A stretch of 64,000 nt of DNA from Camelus ferus (GCF_009834535.1 NC_045696.1:71116001-71180000), one strand, 5' to 3'; shown: positions 12,207 through 31,440, counted from the stretch's first letter. Notes: generated by a model not told the origin, from the letters alone. Translations and numbers: made by a program.

Positions 12207-15200
12207 CTAGAGGAAGCCCTCATGGCGGAACTGTTCCTGGAGAAGGGCGCGGTACTGATCAAATCCCCCCTCGACCCGGGTGACTCCACCTCCTTCGCAC
12301 ACCCACAACTCCCGGCACACCATCCGGATGAAGCGCTCGTCATGGGATACCAGAATCACACCACCCTGAAAGACAGAAGACCAGGGTGCACTCAGAGGAG
12401 CCCAAAGGGGTGCTGAGGCCTGGGGAAGAGTGGGCAATGTGAAGGCACACTCACCCTGAAATTGTTGAGAGCACGGCCCAGAGCTTCAATTGTCTCCATA
12501 TCCAGGTGGTTTGTGGGTTCATCCAGAATGTAGAAGTTGGGGCTGGAAGGCAGAACCCAGGAAGGTTGGCAGTTAAGAGTGTTGGGAGAAAATAAACTCC
12601 GATATGAAGGCAAGACAATCATTTCTATCAGGTAAGAGCGGGAAAGGGGAGGGCAAAGCTCTAGAAAATGACGCCTCACCAGGGCATGGTCATCTGAGCA
12701 AAGGCCACTCGGCTCTTCTGGCCCCCAGACAAGCTGGCAACAGGGCGCACAGCCAGTTCTCCAGAGATGCCATACCGGCCCAGCTGGTGACGGTACTCCT
12801 CCTCAGGCCGTCCTGGAACAGGCCCCACCCCACCATGTGGGTTCTTGGCCCAAACTCACTCCCTTCACCTTCCCCTCAGTCCCAACCCAATGCCCTACGC
12901 CTAGACTTGGTGGACTGTTGAGCAACCAAAGGTAGGCCTAACTGTAGGCATTCAGGCCGGGCCCCCTTTCCTCAACTCAAATCCATAACGCACCAGGGAA
13001 CTTGCGTGCCAGCAGTTCCACAGCACTGACATTCAGGTCCAGCTGCTCCACGTGGTGCTGGCTGAAATAGCCAATCTTCAGATTCCTGCAGGCAGAAGTG
13101 AAGGCGGAGAGAGGGGAGAGAAGGCAATGACCATAAAGGAGTGCAGTTACAGCATATGATTGGTTGGAGAATGGAGGTGTGGGCCCCACCTGTGAGCATG
13201 TCTGATCCCCCGAACAGGAGCTAGGTCCCCCAGAAGCAGCTTCAGCATGGTAGACTTCCCAGCTCCATTCTCCCCAACCTGTAAGAAGAAACACAAGAAG
13301 GTAGACAGCATATGTGTGCAGGATACAGAAGGGAAGGAGATGAGAATGAATCCCGGTAGTCCCAGTAACTCCAACAACTAAAAAAAAATTTTTAAGGAAC
13401 TGTAGAGAAAAATGAAGGAAGTAGTAAAGATGTAAAGGGTGTCAATATCCAAGTATCCACTAAGTACAGAGGAATTAACTCTTCCAATAACCAAGTGAGG
13501 TAGACATTATCTCCATTTTAAGGATGAGGAAGTAACCAAGCTAGGAAATAGTTAGAATCTGAAGTCTGACCCTGAAGCCCATATTCTCCCCTCTACATTC
13601 CATGGTTCCAGAGCTGAGACCAATAAGACAAAGTACTGTTCTGAGTATTCACAAAATACCACATGGCAGGCTCTTCATCTATGCTGCAGAGCAGCCCTGT
13701 GAGGCTGCAGGAGGGGGCTAGTATAAACACAGCAAAGTCCTTGGCCCGGGCACTGACTCCTGCTCCTTGGGACCTCCTCCCTTTGTAGCCCCAGAATCTG
13801 GGCCAATCCACATCATGTATTGGGGTGGGAGAGTCCAGTCCCAGCTCATGGAACAGAGAAACAGCAACCATACCACACAGATGCGGGATTCAAGATCAGC
13901 AGAGATGGAGAGACGGCTGAAGATGACGTGCTTAGGATCATAGTAGAAATCCACCTCATCTAGTTGCAGAATTGGTGGTGAGAATTTCTCAAACCCATCA
14001 GGGAACCTGCAGGTGGGGATGGGGAGCATGAGGGTGGCCAGAAACAAGAGCTTCCCCACCTGCCCCTCTGGCCCAGCACTCACTTCATCACTACCTCCAA
14101 CTCCTTGTCCACGGGTTTCAGCTCCGGTCTGAGGAGAGAGGGGAAGACTAGATATATGACTTTAAAAAGTAACTGTTCTTGTCACACAAGTAATATATAT
14201 GCTACAAAAATAGGATTATCCTTTTTGTAGTTTTTTGTCCTCTCAATTAATATACTCTGATATGTGTTTCAAGGTCACAAAATCCTATGCTTTATGATTT
14301 TATGTTCCCCTACCACTAGCACATCTAGAAATGTTTCAAGATTAAACCTCCAGGGGGAGGGATATAGCTCAGTGGTGGAGTGCATGTTTAGCATGCACAA
14401 GATCCTGGGTTCAATCCAGTACTTCCATTAAAAATAAATAAGTAAATAAAAGATTAATAAGCCTCCGATGCTCTCCTGGGTATATAGCTGAAAACTGAAG
14501 ACACTAATTCAAAAGGATACAAGCACCCCCAAAAAACCCGAACAAACAAAAAAGGATACAAGCACCCCAATGTTCACAGCAGCCTTATTTACAATAGCTA
14601 AGACATGGAAGCAACCTAAGTGTCCACATCAGATGAATGCGTAAAGATACGGTGTATATATATGTGTGTGCGCGCGTGCACGTGTGTGTGTGTGTGCAGG
14701 CGATGGATAAACTGGAATTCTCATACATTGCTGGTAGGAATGTAAAACAGTGCAGCTGCTTTAAAAAAGTTTGAAGTTCCTCAAAAATTTAAACGTAGAA
14801 TTACCATGTAACCTAGCAATTTCACTCCGAGGTATGTACCCAAGAGAATAGAAAACGTATGTCCATACAAAAACTTATACACAAATGTTCACAACATTAT
14901 TCAAAAGAGCCAAAAAGGGGAAACAATCCAAATGTCCACCAACTGATGAATCGATAAACAAATGTGGAATATCCATACAATGGAATATTATCTGGTCATT
15001 AGAGGAATGAAGTACTAATTCATGCTACAACATGGATGAACCTCAAAAACATGGTGCTAAGCAAAAGAAACCAGACACATTTATGATTCCATTATATGAA
15101 ATACCTAGAATAAGCAAATATATAGAGACAGAAAGAAGTCTGGTGGTTGCCTAGGCCTAGGGGCAAGATTAACTCTCCAAGAGCAGTATAGAATACTCTG

Positions 15201-18200
15201 CTTTCCTGCAGGGGATGAAGCTAAGGTTGGTTTCTAGAAAGGGGAGACCTAGAATGGCAGGGCAAGGAGTGGCCTGCAAAATGAGGGAAGAAATTAAAAG
15301 AAGAGGAGTTAGGGCCTTGTCAAGGACACGGTACTCACAGCTTCTCCAGCATCTTGAGCTTACTCTGCACTTGAGAGGCTCTGTTTGCGTTGTAGCGAAA
15401 CCGGTCAATGAAGACCTACAAGTGGATGAGTTCAGGCATAGTCAGGCTCCCTCACCCCACAACTCTAACACCCATGGAAAGGGGTGGGCCCCTAGCCCTG
15501 CCTTTTCCCACACCTGGATATGCTGGCGATACTGCTGCTGGGCCTCATATTCACGCTGCTGATTGAGCAGCCGCTCCTGCTTGCTCTTGATGAAGGTCTC
15601 AAAGTCTCCACGGTAACCATCTAGCCGCTGGCTATGCAGGTGGATAATGTCTGTGGCTATGGCATTCAGGAAGTTGCGGTCATGGGAGACAACCAGGATG
15701 GTAGAGGGCCATGTCTGGGGGGGGGGGTGTCACAGGATGGCAGGCCCAGTTTGGGAGGGCAGTCAGCTCCCAAACCCTAGCAGCCTCGGAAGCAGGCCTT
15801 CCCCAGACCTACTCCAGCACCTGGAGACACTCACCTGCAGGTAGTTCTCCAGCCACAGGATGGCCCTTACATCCAGCATGTTTGTGGGTTCTGGAAAAGT
15901 GGTGAGGACACATTGGGATTGAAGGACTAGAGAACTAGAAATTTGGATGATGCCACCCTTCTGCACCCTGCACCCCAAAGTCAGGGTGCCCCCATTTAGA
16001 ACTCACCATCTAACAACAGCAGATCTGGCCTATGGAAAAGAAGAATGCACAGCCTGAGGTTCTGGGTTAGCCACTTGTTGCCACCTCCCAGGAGCCAAGT
16101 CCATCCTTCACAGTAGCCATACACAGTCCCAGAAGACTCACCTAGCAAACAGAGCCCGGGCCAGGGCCAGTCTCATCCTCCAGCCACCTGAAAACTCCCT
16201 AAGAGAGACAGAACCACATCAGGGCAAGTGTTCATGAGAACAGGGGGGGCAGAACCAACAGTGTTCAGAGTCAAGAATGGTAAGAGCCACTCACCGGGTG
16301 GGCTGCTGCTGCATTTTAGGGGTAAAGCCAAGCCCAGCAAGAATGACTGATGCCCTAGGAATGAAGAAATTGAGGAACCTGGTTGGAACAGGTAACAGAA
16401 GGGAGAGAGGAAATCTAAAGGAAGGAAGGGGGATTTTAAATACCTGGCAGGGGCTTTGTCAGCTTCAATCTCTTCCAGTTTGGCATAGATTTCTGCGAGC
16501 TGTGCAGCTTCTGAGCCCTCAGCCCTAGAATGAGGGGACAGCAATCAGCCTGAGTGGGGGCAGTCTACAAGTTTATCCTGTACCCCAGGATGGCTGGAAA
16601 GTAGGCCACTGGCTGCCCTGTTGCCAGGACAGGAACAGAGTAGAGGAAGGACTTGCTCATAGCAGTGAGCACAACGGGTACTGTGGCAGGAACAAGGGAT
16701 TTACAGCCCCACAGCACCAAGTTCTAAGATGCGCTGCTTAATAGGCTGGGCATACGAACTGTGAATTGTGCCAGCATGGCAGTCACTCTGTGAAGCACAG
16801 CTGCAGCTGGTCATTCCCTCGCCCGGAGCCCTCACCTGCCGGCAGCAACCTGGGCACTGAGCTCCCGCTCCTGCCGTAGGAGATCTTCTCGCACGGTGTC
16901 ACTCTCCAGCACACTCTGTAGGGCAGGGGTGTCATCTCCAGCAACCTCCTGCTCTACATGCAGGAGGGAAATGTGGGCTGGAACCCGCAGGCTCCGGGTG
17001 GCCAGCATCTTCAGCAGCGTTGTCTTTCCCAGCCCATTCCGACCCACCAGCCCATAGCGGCGGCCCCATGCCAGGTTCACATCTGCTCCAGCCAGCAGTA
17101 CCCTGCAGGGGTAGTAGGAAAAAGACAAAGGATGATCTAGAGATATGTGCACAGCAAGTTTAACAACAGAAATCTATTCTTAGTCCCATTCCATCTCTCC
17201 AAATTCTCCTTTATTTGGAAAAAGAAAAACATTACTCCACCCCATTGCCACTCCCTCACCTATCGCCAAAAGACACATCAAAGTTCTCAATTCGAACATC
17301 GTAGGATTTGTTCTTGCCAGATGATTCCAATCGACTCTCCTTTCTGCTGCCTGCCTGGCTGGCTGATGCCTCTTCCAAGACTCTTTTAAAGGGAGAAATG
17401 AATGGCTTTAGCACTCCCAACCACCCTTCCATCCCAGTAGAGACCTCTCTGCTCTCTTCTCAGCCCTTCTCACTAAACTCACAGAGGGTTGCTGGTCTTG
17501 AGTGTGTCCTTCTCTGTGCGCTTCTCCTGCTTTGCTTTCAGTCGAGCCTCAGCCTTCTCTAGCTTCTTTGCATCCACTGTCTAAAGATCCAAACATAACC
17601 ATTTCACCCTAGGGTGTTGGCTCAGAGACTCAGGGAAAGACAATTAGAAATTCCCCAGAAAGATACTCCGGTATTTAGAGACAGTCAACTCCCACCCTCA
17701 CCATAGACACAGCCCCCTCCCTTTCTTTCTCCTCCCCCTCCTCACCGAGGACTGTTCTCTCTTTAGCAGTCCTGGAAGTTTGGTGCCATAGTCTGTAAGC
17801 GATAAGAAAAGCAGTCACCTTCTCCCTGAGGGAAGGGAAACTAACACTCTGAGTGGCTAATATGAAACCAGACTGAGACACATTTAAAGGAAAGCCCTAC
17901 AAATCCTGTAGATAGGTTATCATCCTCCCAACACTTCAAAACAAAACAAAAACCCAACTCACAGATTAAGGATACAAAGGCTGAAGCAGATAAGCAACTT
18001 TTACAAGATCATGTAGCTGATTAGTAAGTCACAAAATTGGGGATAGAACCGAAGTCTGTTCAGCTCCAAGGCCCATATGCTTCCTACCATACCCAAGAGC
18101 TTGGAGAACTCTCCAATCCTAATCTCTTTATTAATGGACTCATTTACCCTCAGTAAAAACATCAACTAGCTCCTATAATCATGTCCTGTGGGAAAGAAGT

Positions 18201-18946
18201 ACCAAGAGTCCTGAGCTCCAGGGGGCAGGTGGCTAACGGGTGCAGGCTGAGGAAATGACAGAGGGCAGCTCTCTCTCACCGTAGTTCTCTGTTATCTTTG
18301 ACAACTGGATGGGGGCGTCTAGTAGCATCTGGCTGTTTCTCTGGCTCTGTGGCTCAGTCCTTGAGAGTAGGGATAGAAAGCAAAGAGTTAGGAGTTGAAG
18401 GAAAAGCTCTATGGTCATCAGATCTTCCCCTCACGCCTTGTCTCCTGACCGTCCGCCCTCGCATCGCCCCCACGAATCCCCCTGCCCTGACACGTACAGG
18501 CGTAGAGTGTTGTACATGCGCTGGCACACGGCCCTGATGGCCGCGTCATCTTTGCTGTCTCCGGACACCTCTTGCAACAATTCCCCCACAGCTTCCACCA
18601 GGTCATCCACAGACTCGAAGTCGGCGCTGCCGCTATGCAAGACGCCTAGGCCAGGCATGGCAAGACGAGGAAGATACCGGGTAGGGTGGACATACAAGCA
18701 GTTTTAGTCTCCGAACCGCGGCCCCAAGAGGGGCCCCAAACATAACCAGCCCTCGGGACAAGAGGTCACGCAGAGGAGAGGCCTAGCAGCGGTCCCCAGC
18801 ACTGCCCTCCCTTAGTCCTTCCCTCTCGACTTCCACTTTGGCATCCCCAGCGCGTTGATTCGGTTCGGCTCACCAGTAACGTAGTCGAAGACCTGTACAT
18901 CAATTTCGGGGAACTCGCTCCGCAGGATTTCAGCACAAGTCGCCAT
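12207..18946 (-). CDS. ABCF3: ATP-binding cassette subfamily F member 3 (GCN20 homologue), 709 aa, 21 exons
   Basis: Exons 5'->3': 18946-18874, 18645-18498, 18359-18280, 17792-17746, 17580-17483, 17382-17260, 17102-16836, 16524-16444, 16354-16295, 16198-16142, 16029-16007, 15890-15835, 15714-15514, 15415-15339, 14128-14084, 14006-13874, 13278-13190, 13085-12994, 12812-12680, 12542-12455, 12365-12207. Total 2130 nt, all introns GT-AG. Starts MATCAEILRSEFPEID; Walker A GRNGLGKT and GENGAGKS; signatures FSGGW and LSGGQ; Walker B LLLDEPTN and ILDEPTNHLD; ends FRHEGFL*. Confidence 0.98.
14353..14450 (+). mobile_element. tRNA-derived SINE (Vic-1-like, camelid type)
   Basis: GGGGGAGGGATATAGCTCAGTGG (A box)...GGGTTCAATCC (B box), then an A-rich tail. 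Imperfect target-site duplication: aagattaaacctcc / aagattaataagcctcc. Confidence 0.8.
14470..15165 (+). mobile_element. LINE-1 3' fragments (two pieces joined by a (TG)n/(CG)n tract) in ABCF3 intron 14
   Basis: aatgttcacagcagccttatttacaatagctaagacatggaagcaacctaagtgtcca, then cattgctggtaggaatgtaaaac...catgctacaacatggatgaacctc...gtggttgcctagg. Confidence 0.85.
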
Positions 18947-19700
18947 GTTCCAGTCCGGCTCCCGTCGGCGCAGTCGCCGTGAGACCTCGGGCAAGGCCCG
19001 CCCCCTGGTCCCCGAAAGCTCGCTCTTCCTTCCAAAGCGCATGCGTAGTAGTGACGTAAGAAAGGCGCGGAGCGCGCAGAGCCCGGTGGGCAGGGTGAAC
19101 CGAGTTGGAGGAACCGCACGCTAGCGCCGCTCAGCGTCTTCGCCGGGCCGCACTCTCTGCGCTTGCGCAAGCCTTTCCACTGGAAAATTAGCCACATGTG
19201 CGGTTCTCGCTGCCTTCTGGGAGGTGGCTATCCTGAAGGCGGCGAGGGTGGGGTGCAGGGGAGCTCGCGGTTTATCAGGGCGCGAGACAGTGACGGCCCG
19301 CCGTGTGGAAACCTTCCGAGAAGGGCGGTTGATAAAATACACTAGCCTCGCTAAGATTCTGTATGCTCCTTTGAGGCACGTCAGCCGGTGCGCGCCCAGC
19401 CGAATCCATTTTGGAGCCCGCCTAGGGCTTTGCTGACTCACGCTCGTCCCTGAGCTCTCGGAAGCCCCTGGTGCAGTTCTGTGCGGCCATGGGTCTTGTT
19501 CCGGTTTCTTAGGGCCGGCGGGCTGCTATTTCGGTCGGGTGGCCACCTCGCCCGCGACCTGCACTCTATCTTTTCATACTTGACAGCTCAGCGAACCTAA
19601 GTGAATTACGCCCTTTGGTCCCTCCACCATCCCGGGGCGCGACCTCACTGACCGCCACAGGGCAAGAAAACCAGATCGACAAGGTCTGTGTAAATTCTTT
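18400..19700 (-). promoter_or_regulatory. ABCF3 CpG-island promoter
   Basis: High CpG density. NRF1-like GCGCATGCGT at 19037-19046, CRE-like TGACGTAA at 19052-19059, GC box near 18997. Confidence 0.85.
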
Positions 19701-20920
19701 AGTATTTATTCCCGGCTTACACCCGAAGACTTCACACCCTAAATCTCAGTGACTAAAAGGCTATTGCCTTATTCACTGACTTCCCCAAGTAGAAGTTAGA
19801 ATTTTCCCAAAATGATGCTACTGTTTCACATTAACGTGAATATTCTTCCAGCCAGGCTTTAAAATTGTCACCAAAAAATCACATCATTATCCATTCATCC
19901 TTCTGTCATTGTGAAGAATCAATCCTGATATTTGAAACGACGTTTCAAAAGCTATTAAGCCTCTCACTCTAATAACCATTTTATAGGAAACAGAGGGAAA
20001 GAGAAATTCTGACCAGGAAACAACAGAAGAATCTGGTTTCTTCAACAACTCTACAAGAGCTGAGGGAGAACCTGTGGTTTTTAAGATTTAAGAAGAATTC
20101 ACTAACTATAATGGACCTTATTTGGATCCAGATGTTAAGTTGTGAAAAATTGTATAAGACACTTGGATTAAGCATGAACACAGATTGGATGTAGTATTAA
20201 GGAACTGACCATGAGTTGATATAACTGAAGCTGTTGAACAACCATGATAGGACATGGGGGTTCATTATATACTTTCTACCTGCTTATGTTTTAAATTTTC
20301 TCTAATAGATTTTTTAGGTTTAAAGAGGCTGAGATCAAGCAAGGGAAAAGAGGCACCTAAGCAGAATATGGAACACTCCCCTCAGGGGTCCACTCACCAC
20401 ACAATTCTTTACAGAGGGGGAGGTATAAAAGGGAGGAATTTTCTAAGAGGCCTGGGGGGGGGGGTGTCAAATCTTTGCTTTTACAACCCACACACTGAAG
20501 TCGGGAAGCCCGAGTAACTGGGAAGAGGATGGAATTAAGAGGCGAGTTTCTAAGGATGGCTGGAAAGACCAAAGGTAAACCTTGCTTAATCTATGTTAAT
20601 TGGAAAAATACCTGCCTAAAGCTGAGGATTATTTTTGGGAAAGAATCTCTTCCCTCAGGGGACTGGGGCTAGGTGGGGCTGCTTGCCCTTGAGGCTATTT
20701 TCTCAGAGGAGACAGGAGATCTGGGGCTAACACCTGCCAGGATAAGGGCCTGGGTGGCCCCAAGGGACCTAATAATAGAGATGAGACAAAGGAAGCAAGT
20801 TTAGAATAGAAAATTCTACTCAAGGCAGGTGGTGTGAGACAAGGGAGGAGCAGTCCCACCAGATCTCCAACCCACACAGCCCCCACATTGACACTTAGCC
20901 AGCAACTCCATTCTACAGAG

Positions 20921-20926
20921 TTTATT
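20921..20926 (-). terminator. AP2M1 poly(A) signal (AATAAA)
   Basis: tttatt on + strand, about 455 nt after the stop, followed by GU-rich sequence on the transcript strand. Confidence 0.85.
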
Positions 20927-21379
20927 GGGTTTATAACTGGACGAAGTCACACGTGTACAAAACGAAGCTCACACTATCCCAAAGCAGAGTAGGAACTGAG
21001 GGCTGGGGATCCATTACTGGCCTTTGGGGGAGCTCCGAGGTGAGGGGCAGCCAACCCTCCCACTCCAGAGAGATGTGGCCACAGGGGAGGGGAGGAGAGG
21101 AGCCCAAATGGCTTTGGTCACAGAACTCAGAGCCTGGTATTGGGCCAGGGCAGGCAGATGGATGGAGGGACAGGAGCCTCAGAAACCGCCCTGCCCAGGG
21201 AGCCCAGGGAGCCCAGGGACTGCTCCACCAGTCCCGCTCACAATGTGGTTGGTCCAGACCTAGACTCAGGGGCTGGTGCAAAGGGAAGGCAGCAAAGCAA
21301 GAGGGAAGAGACATTGACGTGTGGTGGCCAAGGGCACCCAGACCTGTGGAAGAGGGTAGGTGGGGAGGCCTAATGGCAG

Positions 21380-27822
<6,443 letters not shown>

Positions 27823-29354
27823 GGCGGCAGCTCAGTCTCCGCGGCCCATCGCTCCGAGAACAGACCTAGGACAGATGGGGGCAGGGTAAGGGAACGCTTC
27901 AGAACCCCAGCCAACGTCCCCTGTGGGGCTGTGCAGGTCACTCTGGCTGGGCTTGTTTCCTGATTCAACCCTCCAGCAAGTAGACCCTGCAGCCTTCCCA
28001 GGCATGCCCCTCCCCTTAGCCAGTCTCCAGTTCCTGTTTATCCCACGCTGGAAGGGAGAAAGGGAGAGGGACTTAGGCCGAGGATTCTAAGGCCATTTTG
28101 ACCCTCCCTTTTCTGGGGCTGAGCCCAGAATAGCCCCCTCCCCCTTTCACAATGCTGAGCTCAGCAAGGCCCCTTCCTGTGCAGACTCTCACTCAGGCTC
28201 TAGCTGGTGAGTCACTATGAAGGCCTGCCTGTGGCTGCAGGAATGGCGGTAGGAATTACTCCAGTTGGTTCAGGCCTGGGGCCCCCAGGCAAAGCTTTAG
28301 AAGCACCCAGTCTCTCAGGCTCCACTACCCTTCTGAGAAGACTGCAGAGCTTGAACCTCCGGCTCTCTAATTCACAGAAGTCTAAACATTCCAGGAAAAG
28401 GGTGTGCAGGGTGTGAGGAGGAGAGAAGGGCCTTAGGCCTTGACATGGACGCATGAGTGTGGCTCCAACTTCTCCCAGGCAGTCAGATAAACAGGCAAAA
28501 GAATCAAGTAGAAAGGCCCCAGCCCTGACAGTCACTTCAATGACCCAGGCTACTTATCTGTTATTTTTGACCACCTTTTGAAAAGGAAAGCTCCCTCTAA
28601 GCTCCTAAGTTAAATAAAAATATAGGCTTTTTGGGGGGGTGGGCAGGGAGGTGTGCAGGTTCATAAAGTTAAGAGATCCTTCCAGCTGAAATTCTGTAAC
28701 TCCAGACCCACAATATAATTCACTTCTGATCTGAGTGCTTATAAGTAAGAGGCAAAATGCCTGAATTATCCAAATTATTTGGGTCAAACTAATTTAGACT
28801 GTTTGTAAGGAGGAAAAGGGTTAATTTAGTTCTAGATTCCCTGGATTAGCCCTGGTGTTAATTTCAGAGAGCAGTTTAGCAGACTTTTCTAAACTAGAAA
28901 ATAAAAGCTATTACCGTGGCTGTCAAGGTCTCCCAGACTGAGTGAGAGGTCTTTCAAAGTAGTGGACACATCCCATTCCTCAGTCCCAAAGAGACTGGGA
29001 GAGGAAGAGCAAAATGGAGGTAAAGAACCAAGTTCACAGGTATCAAGTCGCAGGCAGCGCAGGCAGCTCAGGCACCAGAGAAGCAGAGGTGGGGCCCAGG
29101 ACAGGAATGAAATATTTAGTTAAGCGATAGACTGGCAGCAACACCCAGGCAGTATACTCAGATGAGCCCACAGCAGTAACAAGGCTGGTGGGGGAGCCTG
29201 GAGGAAAGAATTTCCAATATGGAAAAGGTCAAGGCTTTGAAGAGGAAAAATGGCAGGGAGAGATTGACAGTGGTGAATAAGGGCAAGCTGGGGAGACGGA
29301 GGCTGCTTTGGGGTTCGGGTGTAGAGGCATGAAGAGGTGGTGGGCTTCTCGCCC

Positions 29355-29402
29355 TGGGAAGGGAAGACATCATCGTGGGAAGGGAAGACATCATCGTGGG
29401 AA
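29355..29402. repeat. Perfect 21-bp tandem duplication
   Basis: gggaagggaagacatcatcgt at 29356-29376 and 29377-29397, plus a partial third copy. Confidence 0.95.
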
Positions 29403-29559
29403 AAGATGGTTCCAAAGGGTGCGGGGACTGTCACCGTCTGAGGAAGAGCCTCGGGGTGTTACTCAACTGCAAGGGGGTGCCTCAGGGTGGGGAGCTTGTG
29501 ACAGTCCAAGAAGGCGGCACATGGGGGTGTCACTGTCCTAGGGGATGGAGGAATTGTCC

Positions 29560-30280
29560 TTGTCCCGAGAGGAGGAGGCGCCGAGGGGTAGGGGGTTGTC
29601 ACGATCCCAGGTAGTGGGGAGCCGCGCGGCGTCCCTGCTCTAGGAGGATTCCAGTAGGTCTTTCTCTCATGGGAGGCTCCGGGCGGGTCAGGCGGAGGGC
29701 ACTGCTCCCCGCCCGTCCTGCAACCGCGCCCCGGGCGCCCCCGCCCCGCCGTCAGCTCCCTCCCGGATCTGAATGCTGAGGCCACTCCTGGGTGTGGGCA
29801 GCTTTTCGCGTAGAGCAGTGCAGGGGAGGGCAAAGCTGGGCAGCAGGGCAGGCCGTCCTCCCTCACCCTGTAAGGCCAGATCCCGAGCTCACCTGGTGTC
29901 CGCGGCCCTCTGCTCGGCCCGCCCGGCCACTCTCCGGATCCCAAGATGTCCGCCCGCCCCCTGCTCGCCTGCCCGCTGCCTCGGCTTTCACTGCAGTGCC
30001 GCGGCTCCGCCCCAGCCTGGGCTGCGCGTGCGCGTCCGCCTCCCGAGCGGACTACAAATCCCGTCAGGCCCTTCGGCTTTCTCGTTTACACTTTTAAGCT
30101 GCCTAGATTTAGCAAAACTACAACTACCGACGGCCTTTGAGAACTTTCGAAGGAATAGGTAGTAGTGCCTCGTGGGGTGGTAGGAGTGGCTTTATCCAGC
30201 CCTTCCCGAAATGTACAACCCAGAATATGCTGTTCCACTCATTTCATCTTACCGATTGAGCATTCTGGGAATTGTAGTCT
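29560..30280 (-). promoter_or_regulatory. AP2M1 CpG-island promoter and non-coding exon 1 (donor after 29893)
   Basis: CpG-rich. CAG|gtgagc donor at 29892. GC boxes. ZNF143-type motif ACTACAATTCCCAGAATGC at 30260-30278 (minus), with related copies at 30051-30069 and 30117-30135. Confidence 0.88.
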
Positions 30281-31184
30281 CTGAAATCCCTCCTGTTCCT
30301 CTTTCAGTGTTTCTGAGAGCCTCAGAGGATTAGTGCCATTTGTTGAAGCCCATCTGTTAAGCTTTGGATTGTTGTAGGGCTTCGGAGTCCGAGGACTGGT
30401 TGTCCTCACTTTACACACAAGTACGACTTGGCAGTGGAAGTGTTTGTGCTGAATTTTCTGCTTTGTAACACCACCTCTGAGTCTCCCAAGTTTTTGCATT
30501 ATATATTTGTTCCAGACATGAAAGTTTTTCTAGAGATCAAGACCTAAGGTAGGGGGCAGGGAGTGAGGAAGCAAATATTTAGAAGAAACTAGCTAAAGCT
30601 TTTCAAGAATATGTCTGTTTTAACTCAGTATACCTATGTGAATATGAGCTCCTCAAGGCCAGGACCTGTGCACCTTCTAGTGACAGGCATATATGTTGCT
30701 TAGAAAACTGTTGGGAAGTTGAATTTAACTGGACATGGGATTTGAAGTCCTTCTCTGATGACAGAGTTAAACTTCACATCCAAGCTGAGGAGACAGAGCC
30801 AACTCTGGTACATGAAAGGCCTGCCTGGCTCTTGCAGGACCTAAAGAAAATCTGTTGCCTCTTCCCTTTCTGTAGGGAGAGTACCCTGCTGCCTTCTCTA
30901 GGCAGGGCTGAGCCCACCATGGAAGAAGAGGGGAAGAAAGGGCAAATCTACTTGCAAACCTTACTGTCCCTAGCACCCTCCTGCTAGAAGCCAGAATATG
31001 GCAGGATGAAGATCTGGCTTCCCTCAAATTGTGGTTACATCCTTAAGCTATTAAGTGATTGAATGCAGGCACTTCTAATCCTTGAAGCAGCACTCAAGGT
31101 TTCACTCCCACCTTTCCAAAAGCTTTGTCCTCAATACACACCCTAAACCCCTATTAATTTAGAGTAAACAATAATAATGATGAT

Positions 31185-31440
31185 GGTAATAATAATAATA
31201 ATAGCTACCATTTATTGAGCACCTATTCTACTGTGTGCCAGGCACTGTGCTAGGCACTTTTCGTACAATATCTAATTTTAATCCTCACAACAACCCTGTG
31301 AGGTAGGTATTATTATCGTCATTTTGACATATGAGGAAACTGAGGCTCAGAGAGGTTAAATAACTCTCCTATCACGCAACCAAAAGTATAGCTGGGATTC
31401 AAACCCATAACAACCTGACTCCAAATCCCATGCTCCTGTG
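31185..31440 (-). mobile_element. Well-preserved MIR SINE
   Basis: atagctaccatttattgagcacctatt...gtgccaggcactgtgctagg...atgaggaaactgaggctcagagaggttaaataact is close to the MIR consensus. Confidence 0.92.

Noticed and set aside
14353..14425. tRNA-Ala gene
   Set aside because: No intact acceptor stem; it has an A-rich tail and a TSD, so it is a SINE.
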